From Eledone cirrhosa (lineage: Eukaryota), in the NCBI GenBank assembly GCA_964016885.1, contig OZ024742.1, positions 161,262,001 through 161,326,000 of the forward strand: a DNA stretch of 64,000 nt. The letters are read 5' to 3'. Positions within the stretch are counted from its first letter, which is position 1, and each line of letters starts with the position of its first letter. The notes beneath the pieces are model-generated. The model was not told the DNA's origin, did not search any database, and was given only the letters and a program-made list of their open reading frames with translations. Positions 51,950 to 64,000 of the stretch are shown here, piece after piece. A program made the position numbers and the translations under genes.

Positions 51950-53575
51950 CTTTCGCAATGTTCAGGTTCATATTCTGTGGTGACAGTCAAGTTTGCAATT
52001 CTCAATGTCCCAGCACAGCTGCTGCATGTGAAGCCTACATTCTTAATTAAGCTTCCTGAGATCCCGCTACATCTCTTGTGTACCCATTGTTTGCATTTGG
52101 GGCAGAGAATGGAGTTCCTACCTACACCTTTCCTACATACTGAGCAAGGCTATTTCCCTGGGGGATCTGGATTCTATTTTCTCGTCTACTTACAAGGACC
52201 TTAGTCTTTGTCATGTTGACTTTGAGACTCTTTCTTTCTAGTCCCTGCTTCCAAGTTTAGAATTTCTTCTCTAATTCTACCATAGATTCAGCTATAAGTG
52301 CGAGGTAATCAGCATACAGGAGTTCCCATGGGCATCCGGTCTTAAACTCCTCCGTTATTGCCTGCAGGACTATGATGAACAGGAGAGGGCTAAGAACAGA
52401 GCCCTGGTGGACCCCAACCTGTACGCTAAATTCCTCGCTATACTCATTGCTAATCCTAACTTTGCTGACTGCTCCCCTATACATGGCTTGTACCGCTTTC
52501 ACAAGCCATTCATCTACTCCTAGTTTTCTAAGAGCCCACCAGATTACAGCACGTGGAACTCTGTCAAAGGCTTTCTCAAGGTCGACAAATGCCAGGTAGA
52601 GTGGCTTACTTTTAGCTAGGTACTTTTCCTGTAACTGCCTCACAAGGAAGAGGGCATCAGTGGTGCCTCTTCCTGGTACAAACCCAAATTGCATCTCGTC
52701 TAGTTTCACCCGGTCCCTAATCAACTGTGCTATAACTCTTTCTGTTACTTTCATGACCTGGTCCATCAGCTTTATACCTCTATAGCTTCCTCTATCTAGT
52801 GCATCACCTTTACCTTTGTAGCAGTTGACAATGATGCTACTGCACCAATCTTTTGGTATGACACCTAGTATTACCTGGTTAACAATACGTGTGATTATAG
52901 TGTGACCTACAGACCTAGATGCCTTCAGCATCTCGGCAGCTATACCCGATGGACCGGTTGCCTTCTCCATCTTCATATCTTTGATTGCCTTACTTACTAT
53001 GTTGCTGCTGACTTTTACTGCTGGCCTCTCTATAGGGTCTACTTGGGGTAGGGTCTCTTCTTCCCATGCATTCTCCTCCTCATTTAGTAATCTATCATAA
53101 TGACTCTTCCATGCATCTTTCTTCTCAGCAGTTGTGAGGGCAAGCTCACCTTTATCATTCCGGATACACTTCTCTCCAATGACATCACAACTCTCTCTGA
53201 CACACTGCCTCGCAATCTTGAACACCTCCTGTTTCTGGTCCTCACGTTGCAAAACATGCTTGAATTTTCTATCCTCTGCTTCCCTCCTAGCTAAGTATAC
53301 TTGTCGCCTAGCTTCCCTCTTGGTCTCTATGTAATGTACCCTGCTCCCCCCATTCTTCCATTCTTTCCATGCCTGTCTCTTGGCCTTAACTGCCTCATCT
53401 ACCTTATTGTTCCACCACCAAGTCACTCACCTCCTGCTTGAGGTCTTACTCCAGCCACAGACCTCATCCGTTGCCTCTAGTAAGTTATTTTTTAGGAACT
53501 CCCAGTTCTCTTCTACATTGAATGTCTCTATCTGTTCTTCTTTACTGTCGTAAGCGTTGAGTAAAATATCTTTAA
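51950..53575 (-). mobile_element. RTE LINE internal fragment (related subfamily)
   Basis: ORF 52257-53426 (RT; YADY instead of YADD), then a frameshift into KTKVLV..CSVC..CPKCKQWVHKRC..CSSC. Confidence 0.92.
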
Positions 53576-53833
53576 GTCTACACTGTAAACATGATTAGTG
53601 TTAGGAAGGGCATCCAGCCGAAGAAAACCTACCAGACAGTTCTATACGAGCGAGACGACGAATCTTGCCTCAAGTGGGACAATTCCCGTCTAAACCCATT
53701 TTAGTGTGGAAGATAGACATTAAACGATGATGATGTTGACATGCACACACACACACATATATATAGATGCGTGTGTAGCACAAATAGAAAGTAACCATAT
53801 GGATATATTATACACATATACACACACACACAT

Positions 53834-53894
<61 letters not shown>

Positions 53895-53989
53895 AAGTTA
53901 ACTGAAAAGAGGTTTTGAGGTTTTCTTCTTTTTATTTTTTATATCTATGGCTTTGTATTTTCTTGATCGATGTATTGAAATAGAAATGC

Positions 53990-54430
53990 CCCCTAGAAAT
54001 GTATACACACTGCAACAGCATTCTACTCAAAGTGTGTATACATTTTTGGGGGACTCCCTGTAAATGTATATATATATATTCATTTATTAAGGCTAAATAA
54101 TAAGTCTTGTTACTTTGGAGTTTCGCCTGTTTACAATGTGGCAATGAGCAAAACATAGTCTCTTGACCTGACTTGTCTCATAATGCAACAACTCATCTAA
54201 CCTATGCAAGCATGGAAAAATAGACATTAAACAATGATGATATATAAATGTTAAACTAATATATATCTTCATTGTACTGTATTGTTTGCTGTATTGTTTT
54301 CCGTTTACTTTTCGCATACACACACATATACAGGGTGTCCTCAAAAATGTATAGACACTTCAACAGCATTCTAATAAATATTGCCTGTACAGGTAATCAA
54401 AGTATGCATACATTTTTGTGGGACACCATA
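53990..54430. mobile_element. Two short Tc1/mariner-like MITE remnants
   Basis: ta|cagggtgtcctcaaaaatgtata ... catacatttttgtgggacacc (54331-54428) and a related end at about 54035-54062. Confidence 0.5.
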
Positions 54431-54660
54431 CTAGCATGGAAAATGGATGTTAAACGATGTTGATGATGATGATGATATATATATATATATACACACATAT
54501 ACATATATATTCACACAAAGGAGTGTTTTCATTAGACATACGATAACAAAAGGGTCAAACAATCGCAAAGGTGATAACAACACGGTAAAGAAGTTATTTT
54601 TTTCTTTTTTCAAACACGTCCAACGCCAAGTATCAAAGATGGGTTTATTGTGTTGTATCA

Positions 54661-55045
54661 GATGAAAGAATGGTATTTAACTAATGTATTGGTATGCGAT
54701 GGGGCCCACCCACAGCCCCGGCAGACAGAATGGAGGTGTTTCCCCGGAGGACGGCAAGGGAGACGCGCTGGAAAAGCCACTCCAACTCGTGGGGCTCACA
54801 CCTGCGGCTGGCCAGCTCAGCGTGAGTAAGGAGGTAGCCCTGGGGCCGAGGACACCAGAAGTTTCCACTGCCGGGGAACAACCGCAAACCTGTTGGAGAG
54901 CGACCGGTATTTGAGGAGTTTGGCCCCCTCAGCCCAACGTGCAGCAGAACCTGGGTCAGTCGCAGACTGCACCAGGCTGCGGCTGCAGAAAGTGTCGGTG
55001 CAAGTGGCATCCCAGACGAGGGGTTTGCCACCACGGAACGGGAAG
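54661..55045 (-). mobile_element. CRE-like non-LTR retrotransposon 3' end (restriction-like endonuclease region)
   Basis: GKPLVWDATCTDT..AEGAKLLKYRSL..AVETSGVLGP..EPHELEWLFQRVSLAVLRGNTSILSAG. 3' terminus identical to that at 13141. Confidence 0.85.
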
Positions 55046-56161
55046 CCTTTGTCAGGGCATTCTTCTAGGAGAAGGCAACTCAGGAAACTGGGATAACTGA
55101 CTTAAAACCTGCAGCTCAGTAGTTACTGACGATGTTGATCTTTTCTTCTTTTGGGGTTATAGCTAGTCGCTCAGAGAGTGGGATTGGTTCAGTACACAGT
55201 CTTTCCTCACTTTTTAAAAAATCTTCACGCACAGGCATTGCAAAACAGAATTAATTAATAATTATTAATAATGTTATATCATGCAATGACCATGCTCGAT
55301 AACGAGGGGGCAGCCATCATATTTATTTAAATAGGTTATGTAAGAACTTAACTTTAAGTTATGTTCCAAACAATAGCTTAAACCTTTAGCATTTTCATTA
55401 TTCTATAAATACTATTGTATTTTCATGGTAAAGGCTTTATCTCACATAATATCGAATCTATGAGATTTTGATACTATTCATTTTGAGAACAATACCTTAA
55501 CATCAGTATGTGTGGCCAGTTACGGCTGGTTTGAACAGAAAGATATGAGAAAAGGATAAAGGGTTAATAATGAGAAAGTTAGTTATATTATCAAACACCT
55601 CCAAATTTCAAAACTATTTGGAAGTCATAGGCAGTGTTAAGCCTTTTGATACCAACCAGATCAAAACCACCTCTTGTTTTCTGAACTCATTTTAAGTGGT
55701 TTCTAAATGAAAATCTTCCAATATAATTTCATATAAAAACCTTTTTATTATGTTACAAATACATCTTAATGAAATAATGATTTTATTAAGTCAACAAAAT
55801 CCTTATCAACTAATTCAAAAACTGGATTTTATTAGAAATAAGGTAATGAAAGGGTTCATGGTTATCATCTGTTGTAAAATTATATTTGTTTAATTTTCTT
55901 TCTTCTTTTTTTTTATTTTTGTTTTGTTTTTATTTGTTTGTTTTTTCTGATTTAGGGGGAGGACGGTTAAATCATTGAAAAGCTCTCAGTTACCACATCT
56001 TGAAAATGGTGATAGATATTTGATAAACATTTGTCAACCCATCAGTCATCATTTACAGGTGATGTTGTTATTATTTTCTGACAACTCTGTAATATAATAA
56101 TAGTCAACAGCCCAAATTAATTAGATCAACAGAAGTCATTGTCCTCTCCACAATATATATA

Positions 56162-56497
56162 TCATCATTTCATCATTTCATTTTACATCCGCTTTTTCCC
56201 TGCTTGCAAGGGTGGGACGAGAACTGATTCTGGCTTGATTTCTACAGCTGCATGCCCTTCCTAACACCAACCTCATTTACAGTGAGTGCTGGGTGCTTTT
56301 TTGCCGTGGCACCTCCACGACCACTTTGCAGTGGAATGATATGGACTCCAGTCCCTATCATCTCATTTCTACAGCTGAGTAAACTGGAGCAATAAAGTGT
56401 CTTGCTCAAGGAAACAACACATCACCCGGTCTGAGAATTGAACTCACAACCTTTCAATTGCAAGGCTAATGCTCTAACCACTAAGCCATATGCCTCC
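56162..56497 (-). mobile_element. SINE-B flanked by ~90-bp inverted repeats
   Basis: Full SINE-B; flanks 56070-56160 and 56511-56600 are reverse complements. Confidence 0.88.
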
Positions 56498-57139
56498 ACA
56501 CATATATATATATATATTGTAGAGAGGACAATGACTTCTGTTGACCTAATTAATTTGGGCTGTTGACTATTATTATATTACAGAGTTGTCAGAAAATAAT
56601 ATATATATATTTGGTGATTGCAAGCAAGGAAAAGCAGGTGTAAAATGATGATAATGATGATATATATATATATATATTTCACTCTTGCACATCAATTTAA
56701 CAAGTAGGCCATTCAGTTGGCAGAACAGCTGGAACACTCATCGTTGCAACTGATGGAGATCCTCTTAACTTTATTGTTTTTCAAGAGTAGTAGGTGGTTG
56801 GTGATAGGAAGGACATCCATCTGTGGAAATCATGTCAAGACTGGAACATATACAAGCATGACCTGTCTCCCTTCCTATTTGGGAAAGGTCTGATTAAGTA
56901 TTGATTTTGGTCTGTAATGACCCAGCCAACCCAAGCTAGTATGGAAGAACCCATATTAAAATGATAATAGTAATGAAAATGATGAATGATCTTGCATAAA
57001 ACATTTCTGAATAAGAAAAGCATTATGATTATATTCCACAAAGTCACTGATTCATATTTTTGTTGCCATATTTCAGGGGTCAAATTAATCGACTTTCCTA
57101 TCACCCCAAAATTGTTAGCCTTGTGCCTAAATCAGAAAT

Positions 57140-57702
57140 CATATTTCTAATGAAGGACACTGCCTATGTTTTTCAAATAAGTTTTAAAATAATCAAACAT
57201 TTGGAAGGATTTAGTAATATAAACTTCTCATTATTTATCTGCTGTTTAGAACATAACAAAAGTCTTTACATAAAATTATGATGGAATTATGATAAATATA
57301 AACACTTTAACCCTTTCATTACCATATTTCTGATAAAAGACACTGCCTATATTATCCAAATAATTTTGAAAATAATCAAGAGTTTGGAAAATTTAGCAAT
57401 ATAATTAACTTTCTCATTATTTATCTGCTGTTTGGAACATATTTACATAAAATTATGATGAAAGGTTTTTAAATAAATATAAACACATTAACCCTTTCAT
57501 TAGCATATTTCTCATGAAAGACACAGCCTATGTTTTTCAAATAACAGCTATCTTTCTCATCATTTATCTAGTGTTTGGAAAATAACAAAAATCCTTACAT
57601 AAAATTATGATCAAAAGATAGAAAAACAAAAACATGTTAAAATAAACAGTTTTGTATCATAGAACTAGGGATGGTTTCAGATGATTGATATCAAAAGGGT
57701 TA
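57140..57702 (-). repeat. Three tandem ~180-bp units derived from a TTAA-type MITE
   Basis: Repeated ttaaccctttcattaccatatttct..gacactgcctat..tttggaacata..acataaaattatga; ends in tatcaaaagggttaa. Confidence 0.65.
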
Positions 57703-58308
57703 AAATAGGAAGGGGAAAATCTCATTGAGCATTTAAGCAAATTTGAAAATATACCTGTAAAAAACCTAAGAGCATTGAAAAATAGCAAAAAGAAATGATT
57801 GCAAAAAGATGCAAAGAAAATAACTTCTTATTTTCTTGATGATTTTTATTTGACATGATGGTGGATCCTCTGTCAGTGTCCATGATGAGAATTCAGTTGT
57901 TAAATCAACTAGCCATCAGATTCATTATATTAATATGTAAGTGACTGAATATTCCACAGACACATGCAAGTAAAGGTTAAAAGGAATTCTTGGGGAAGTC
58001 ACAGAGGTGCCGTCCTGACACATTTTAAAATCTGGCAGAACCCATACTTCTCTAGGTTGTTATTTCTTCCAGAGAAAAAGAAAGAGGGAGAAAGTGATTA
58101 AAGAAGATAGAGTAAGAATCAACCCCAGTATTTATTGGACTGGTACTTTATTTATCATACTCGAAAGGATGAAAAGCAAAGTTGACCTTGGAGGGATTGG
58201 AACTCTGAACATAGGGAACTAGAACAAATACTGAGGTATTTTTAATTTGACACCCTAGTGACTCTGCCAATTCACTGCCCTGCAGACACATGTACCCTTC
58301 ACATTCTC

Positions 58309-58562
58309 CATCTGGCATAATCAGAAAAAAGGCTGTCAATGACATTTTGTAGGGACTTCATCTGGCATAATCAGAAAAAGAGCTGTGTCAATGACATTTT
58401 GTAGGGCCTTCATCTGGCATAATCAGAAAAAGGCTGTGCCCATGACATTTTGTAGGGCCTTCATCTGGCATAATCAGAAAAAGAGCTGTGCCAATGACAT
58501 TTTGTAGGGCCTCATCTGGCATAATCAGAAAAAGAGCTGTGCCAATGACATTTTGTAGGACC
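58309..58562. repeat. Minisatellite, about 5 x 51-52 bp
   Basis: Unit catctggcataatcagaaaaagagctgtgccaatgacattttgtagggcctt. Confidence 0.92.
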
Positions 58563-59374
58563 TCCAAAACTGTAAGAACAATCCTTTGGACAGGTTTACA
58601 ACAGAATGAACTCTGCAAAGAGAGCCAGAGAGTGGTGCTGAACAATGCAACAGATTCACTGCCAATAACTCAGAATAGGCAGAGTTGGTAGAGAGCAGAA
58701 TAAAATTCCATTGTACTATTTGTTAGGGCTCTTGACATTCTGAATTCAAGTCCCACAAAGGTCAACTTTGCTTTTCATCCTTCTGGGGAAGGGGGGTCAA
58801 TAAAATAAAGTACAAGTACTGGAGTCAAGGGATGCAAGTATAGCCAAGTGGTTAAAAAGATCCTTGCAATCATGAGATCCAGGTTCAATCCTAATGCACG
58901 ACATCTTGAGCTAAGTCTAATTTAAAACAGATAAAAGCCCTTATCTCCTGATGGAGTCATAGGCATAATGTACTGACACGCAGAGTGTCTTTGGCTTTTT
59001 AAACCTGGCTGAGCCCAACCCTATCCTGCATTGGACTAGTATTTTATTTATGGTCCTTGAAAGGATGAAAAGCAAAGTTGACCTCAGTAGGTCTTGAACT
59101 ATGCAGTGAGTTAGAACAAATACCAAGGTATTTTTAATCCAACATTCCAATAGCTCTGCCAACTGGCCACACTCCAATGACTCTGTCAACTGGTCACACT
59201 CCAATGACTCTGTTAATTGGCTATCTTAGTTGTCTTTTACTGTACATTGAACTTGACTGAAACTATGTCAATAAAATTCATATTGATACCAATTATAGAG
59301 CCTGCAGTGATAGTTGTTTATGTCCCCCATACATATGTTCAGCAGCTTAACAGTCCAACAAACATTAGCAGATA

Positions 59375-59840
59375 AATACAGGCATATGGTGTACCTATTC
59401 TAAACCAGATATACACAGAGATATGGTGTACCTATTCTAAACCAGATATACACAGGCATATGGTGTACCTATTCTAAACCAGATATACACAGGGATATGG
59501 TGTACCTATTCTAAACCAGATATACACAGGGATATGGTGTACCTATTCTAAACCAGATATATACAGGGATATTGGATTGGCAGTATCGGTAGAGGATCGG
59601 ATGCCATGCTTTCCAGCATAGTTACGTCCTTTAACGATCTGAGTTCAAATCCCGCCGAGCTTGACTTTGCCTTTCATCCTTACGGGGTCGATAAAATAAA
59701 GTACCAGTAATGCACTGGGTAATTGCTGGCCTTGTGCCAAAAGTAGAAACAATTATGTACCTATTCTAAACCAGATATACACAGGCATATACCTATTGTA
59801 AACCAGATATACACAGGGATATGGTGTACCTATTCTAAGC
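59375..59840. repeat. 36-38-bp minisatellite interrupted by SINE-A (59573-59756)
   Basis: Unit atatggtgtacctattctaaaccagatatacacagg(g) on both sides of the SINE. Confidence 0.92.
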
Positions 59841-62800
59841 CAAGAAAAATGGCAATATTAAATCCAAGTGGAATTTGAACTTAGAATGTAAGGTGATCAA
59901 AACCAAATACAGTAAAGAACTTAGTCTCCAGTTCTACTATTTCTGCCAAGTTAATAAATAAAATTGTCAAAGAAATAAGTCCACATACACACAACCTACA
60001 CACACATGCACTCACATAGACAAATAGACACACACTCACATAGACAAACACACATACCTCTGCACAGACATACACATGCACACCAACATACATACACATA
60101 AACACATACCTATACATACATACACACAAACACATACCTACACACACACATCTACACATTCAGGGAAGCCATTTGACCACAATCTCACACCACCCCACCT
60201 CTCAGCCAATTTTCAAATAAACTGCAACAAAAGAGAGAATTTATTTATAAACAGTAGAAAAAAATTGTAATAACAGAGAATAATTTAGTTTGACGAAGAT
60301 AGAATAACCTAAGATGATGTTGATAAAACAACTTCTTGAATTTCTAAACATGCAGTGTGTGTGTGTGTGTAAGTATGTTTAAGTGTAAGTGTCTGTAAGT
60401 GTGTGCGTCTGTAAGCATGTGTGTATCTGTAAGTGAGTATGTCTGTAAGTGTGTGTGTGTGTATGTCTGTAAGTGTATGTATCTATGTGTAAGTGTCGGT
60501 AAGTGTGTGTGCGTGTGTGTGTCTGTAAGTGTATGTCTGTATGCATGTGTCTGTAAGAGTGTATAAATGTGTGTGTGTGTTGAGTTGACAACACTAGCCA
60601 GACAAACTATTTAATAACAGGGACATCTGTCAGACACAAAACACTACAACAAGAGAAGTAACTTTGTTCATACTAGAATAAATATCTAAACATCTAAATA
60701 TCTCTCCAAGTCTTTATAGCTTCCAAAATGTAGACAGACAAACAAGAGTAACTGATAGTTTATATAAATGTCCTTAATAGCCTCAAGAATATTTTGCTAC
60801 GATTTGCGAAAATGATCGGTGTTTATCTTAAATGTATAGAAGAAATTGAAAGAAAGAAATAAAGGAAAATTAGAAAGAAACAAAAACTATAAAGTATAAT
60901 AAATAAGCTTAGTTAGAAATATGAAAAACATTCTTGGCTGCCACTGCCATATGTAAAGAATGTGAAAACCAACCTAAATATAGTAATATTTCATTTAAAA
61001 AATATATATATTAAATAAACTAAAAATCCTAAAAATCTACAAGCTTTTATGTTGTATTTGCGGACACAAGGATATATATATACATGTATATATATATATA
61101 TACACATCTATATATATATAGTCACACAAACATATATGCATGTATGTATACATATTTCGTTTTGTTTTTTTTTGTTGTTTTTTTCTTAAAACCATTAAGG
61201 ATTCATAACAGAGGACAGCTGAGCATTCCTGAGCTGTGTTGTTACAGCTCACACATATGCAGGTTTAGCTGGCCTCCCACACGGTTGCATCTTATAGGAG
61301 GCCCCTTGGGTGCTCTCAATAACAATACAGTCCCCAGTCCAATCATGAAAAGTCCTGGAGATAGTGAGCCAAACACTCTAACCACTAAGCCACGTACCTT
61401 CACTAAGGAATTAGAGGCAAAATAAATTAACGCAGGCATGGCTGAGTAATTCAGAAGCACACTTCACAATCATGAGGTTCCAGGTTCGATTCCACTTGCA
61501 TGAAATCTTGGACTAAGTGTCTTTACCATAGTATCTCTAAGTAAACAGTATAAAAACGAAAATAACACATACTGGCATTGAAAATAAAAAGAATCATATT
61601 AAAATCATCATCATCATAATCATAATTTAATGTTCACTTTCCCTGCTAGCAAGTGTTGGATGGGTCTACATAGACCATGTCAGTACTGAAGCGGGGCTAC
61701 TGACCTCCTAGAGCGGCCAAGGATCGGGGTCTGCATCTCACTTATATATGGTCTTACATTACATCAAGTGCACAGGAGAGGTCATGTCTTTGTGAAAACG
61801 AAAGGGTCACCCAGCCTTTTATTTGACAGGCTTTCTAGAGCTGGATGCCCTTCCTACTACCAACCACTTTACAGCATACACTGGGTGCATTTCTTGTGTA
61901 AATCACCAGCCCTAAGGAAACTGTCATGTCCTTGGCACAACTGAAGGGTCCACCTAACCCTTTGTTTGGCAAGCTTTCTACAGTATCTAGGGGTTTGTGG
62001 AGAAGGGGGCAGTTGAATGAAAACAGGGGTGTGTAGTGATGGTAAGGATAGCAGCTAGTGAGAGGGACATGAGGGAAAAAGGAGTAGCTACCAGGGTGTG
62101 ATAGTGAGGGTATCAAAGGGCTTTTGAGGGGACAATGACTAAGGAGAGAAAGGGCTTTTGAGCGACATCAGCTAAGGGGTGAATGCTGAAGGGGGGCATG
62201 GTTGGGGTGGTGTAGCGCTGGTGAGGATAGTTCACTATCACTACAACACCTCACCCATGATACATATTGAAGGATAATATTAAATGATATTAGTTATATA
62301 CACCAATGTATTCATATGCAAATGCTGCAAAGATGAAACTAAGTAAAAGAGAAAAATAATATAGCTTCCTGTGTGACTGGGGGGGGGAGTACTGATAGCA
62401 AATATAATATATGAACAAGGCCAAATGTGAATAATTAGAAGGAACAAGAAATGTCTTTATAGCAGCAAGATTTGGTTAGTTTCAATGCTAAAGAATTAAC
62501 TCTTTTGATACCAAACCCAAAACCGCCCCAGACTCTCTTATATAAAACAGCTTGGTTTAACCCTTTCATTACCATATGTCTAATGAAATGCTCTACCTAT
62601 ATGCTCCAATTCATTCTGAAAATAACCAAAATTTTGGAGGAATTTAATAAAATAACTAAGTGGGTTTTTTTTTAAAGTAAGATGATATTTAGAACATTAT
62701 TTAATAAAAATGTCTTAAATCAAATCAAATTGAAAGCTCTTAATATAAGGAAAAACATTTTTAAAATGAGCAGTTTTACATTATATGTTTCAGGCACATT

Positions 62801-63299
62801 GGGTTCAAGTGTTGATATTAATCTAAAACCTTTCCTTCATAATTCATAGAATAATGAGAAAAACTCAACGCAAGAATAGTTCTTAAAACAGCAAAATGCA
62901 AGTAAAAATTACCTCAAAGGACAGAAATCAGTGGCTAGAAATGTGTTGGCCTGCAGAAGTGATAGGAAAAAAGAAATAAAGGAAAACTGAAGGAGACAAG
63001 ATCATACATACATCTATTGACCTCTTCAGCTCTCAGGCCGGCTGTGGTTTCGCACAATTTAATTTCCATCATAACTTTATAAGTTATGCACCAAACACCA
63101 GCTTAATAATAAGGAAGTTAGTTATATTATTAAATTCTCAAATTCTTGATTGTTTTAAAAATTATTTGAAAATTATAGGCAGTGACTTCCATTTGAAGTA
63201 TCAGTCCAATACTAGGGTCAATTCCTCTCTCGCTCTCTCTCTCTCTCTCACAGACAGAGAGAGAGAGAGAGCTGTGTTCCAATCTGAAGAGCACTGCCA

Positions 63300-63540
63300 T
63301 GTTTAAAATGCCCAAGGCATGTCATGTGTCAGATTCCATCTTTTTCTTTTACCTTTCTAATTTTTTAGCAACATTCCCTTCCTCATAAGCACAAAGCACA
63401 TCACTCAGTTCCCAGAACTTCTTCCACGCAGATTTTCCTCTAACCACCATTGCCAAGTACAATCCCCTTTTTCCATTCAACATGGCTCCAAGATAACAAA
63501 ATGTTTTCACACCTTCCATCTCCATGCCTAACTACAGCAG
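63300..63540 (-). mobile_element. Very old RTE C-terminal fragment
   Basis: VVRGKSAWKKFWEL remnant, similar to VRTGWKKFREL. Confidence 0.5.
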
Positions 63541-64000
63541 TCACTCACAACTGATTATGAACTAATAGTATATACCATGCTTTCACTAATGGTTTTAGAC
63601 ACCCATGCAGTTACAAGCAGATGTAATCATCCTCGTGACCCTCATTCTTACCCTTGATCCAGCAGAACAGAATGTGACAGCTAAAAGAGGGTGGCAACAG
63701 CACTGGGCTGATATTTTATTTACCGACACCAAAAGGATGAAAGACAATGCTCTAACGATTCATGTATAAATAAATAATCCAGAACATTTTCTGGTCTATA
63801 TTCCATGGATTCACCCCAACTCCTATAATTAAATCTTAATGTCCTGTACTACATGAAACTGCATTAGCAAGACATTCTTGAAAAGTACAAAACAGCAATA
63901 TGACTTCAACACCTTAAAAATTAAAGTTTTGACTCTAATACTGAGAATTTTCACAAAGATCTGTCCACTAGTAAAGATATAAACATTTCAATTAACAAAC

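Noticed and set aside
58309-59840. Possible CRISPR-like arrays
   Set aside because: Units are head-to-tail with no unique spacers, there are no cas genes, and the context is eukaryotic.
62912-62949. Possible 38-nt exon on - (ctgcag|GCC...TTTGAG|gtaatt) as the upstream HTATSF1 exon
   Set aside because: The frame ending in ..FE contains a stop, and no frame resembles Tat-SF1.

Overview
AT-rich, microsatellite-dense animal genomic DNA. The repeat content (tRNA-derived SINEs, RTE LINEs with (GAT)n tails) suggests an octopus or other coleoid cephalopod, which is an inference. The only host gene I can support is the 3' end of an HTATSF1/Tat-SF1-like splicing factor on the minus strand, with two coding exons (12867-12778 and 8118-7816). 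I found no upstream exon, so 12.9-64 kb is probably one large intron. The rest is transposon-derived: one intact and one frameshifted near full-length RTE LINE, many RTE fragments, CR1, CRE-like and R4/Dong-like fragments, a decayed hAT transposon, hAT and piggyBac-type MITEs, mariner remnants and two main SINE families. Two results stand out. (1) About a dozen hammerhead-ribozyme folds from several unrelated sequence families are present. Three retain the conserved core (5630-5720, 45618-45681/45839-45902, 51558-51623), several sit in palindromes or (TA)n islands like Penelope-like/retrozyme terminal repeats, and some lie on the host gene's sense strand. (2) The RTE ORF carries a C4HC3 PHD-type zinc finger inserted inside its reverse-transcriptase region. 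All alignments and RNA folds were done by eye.
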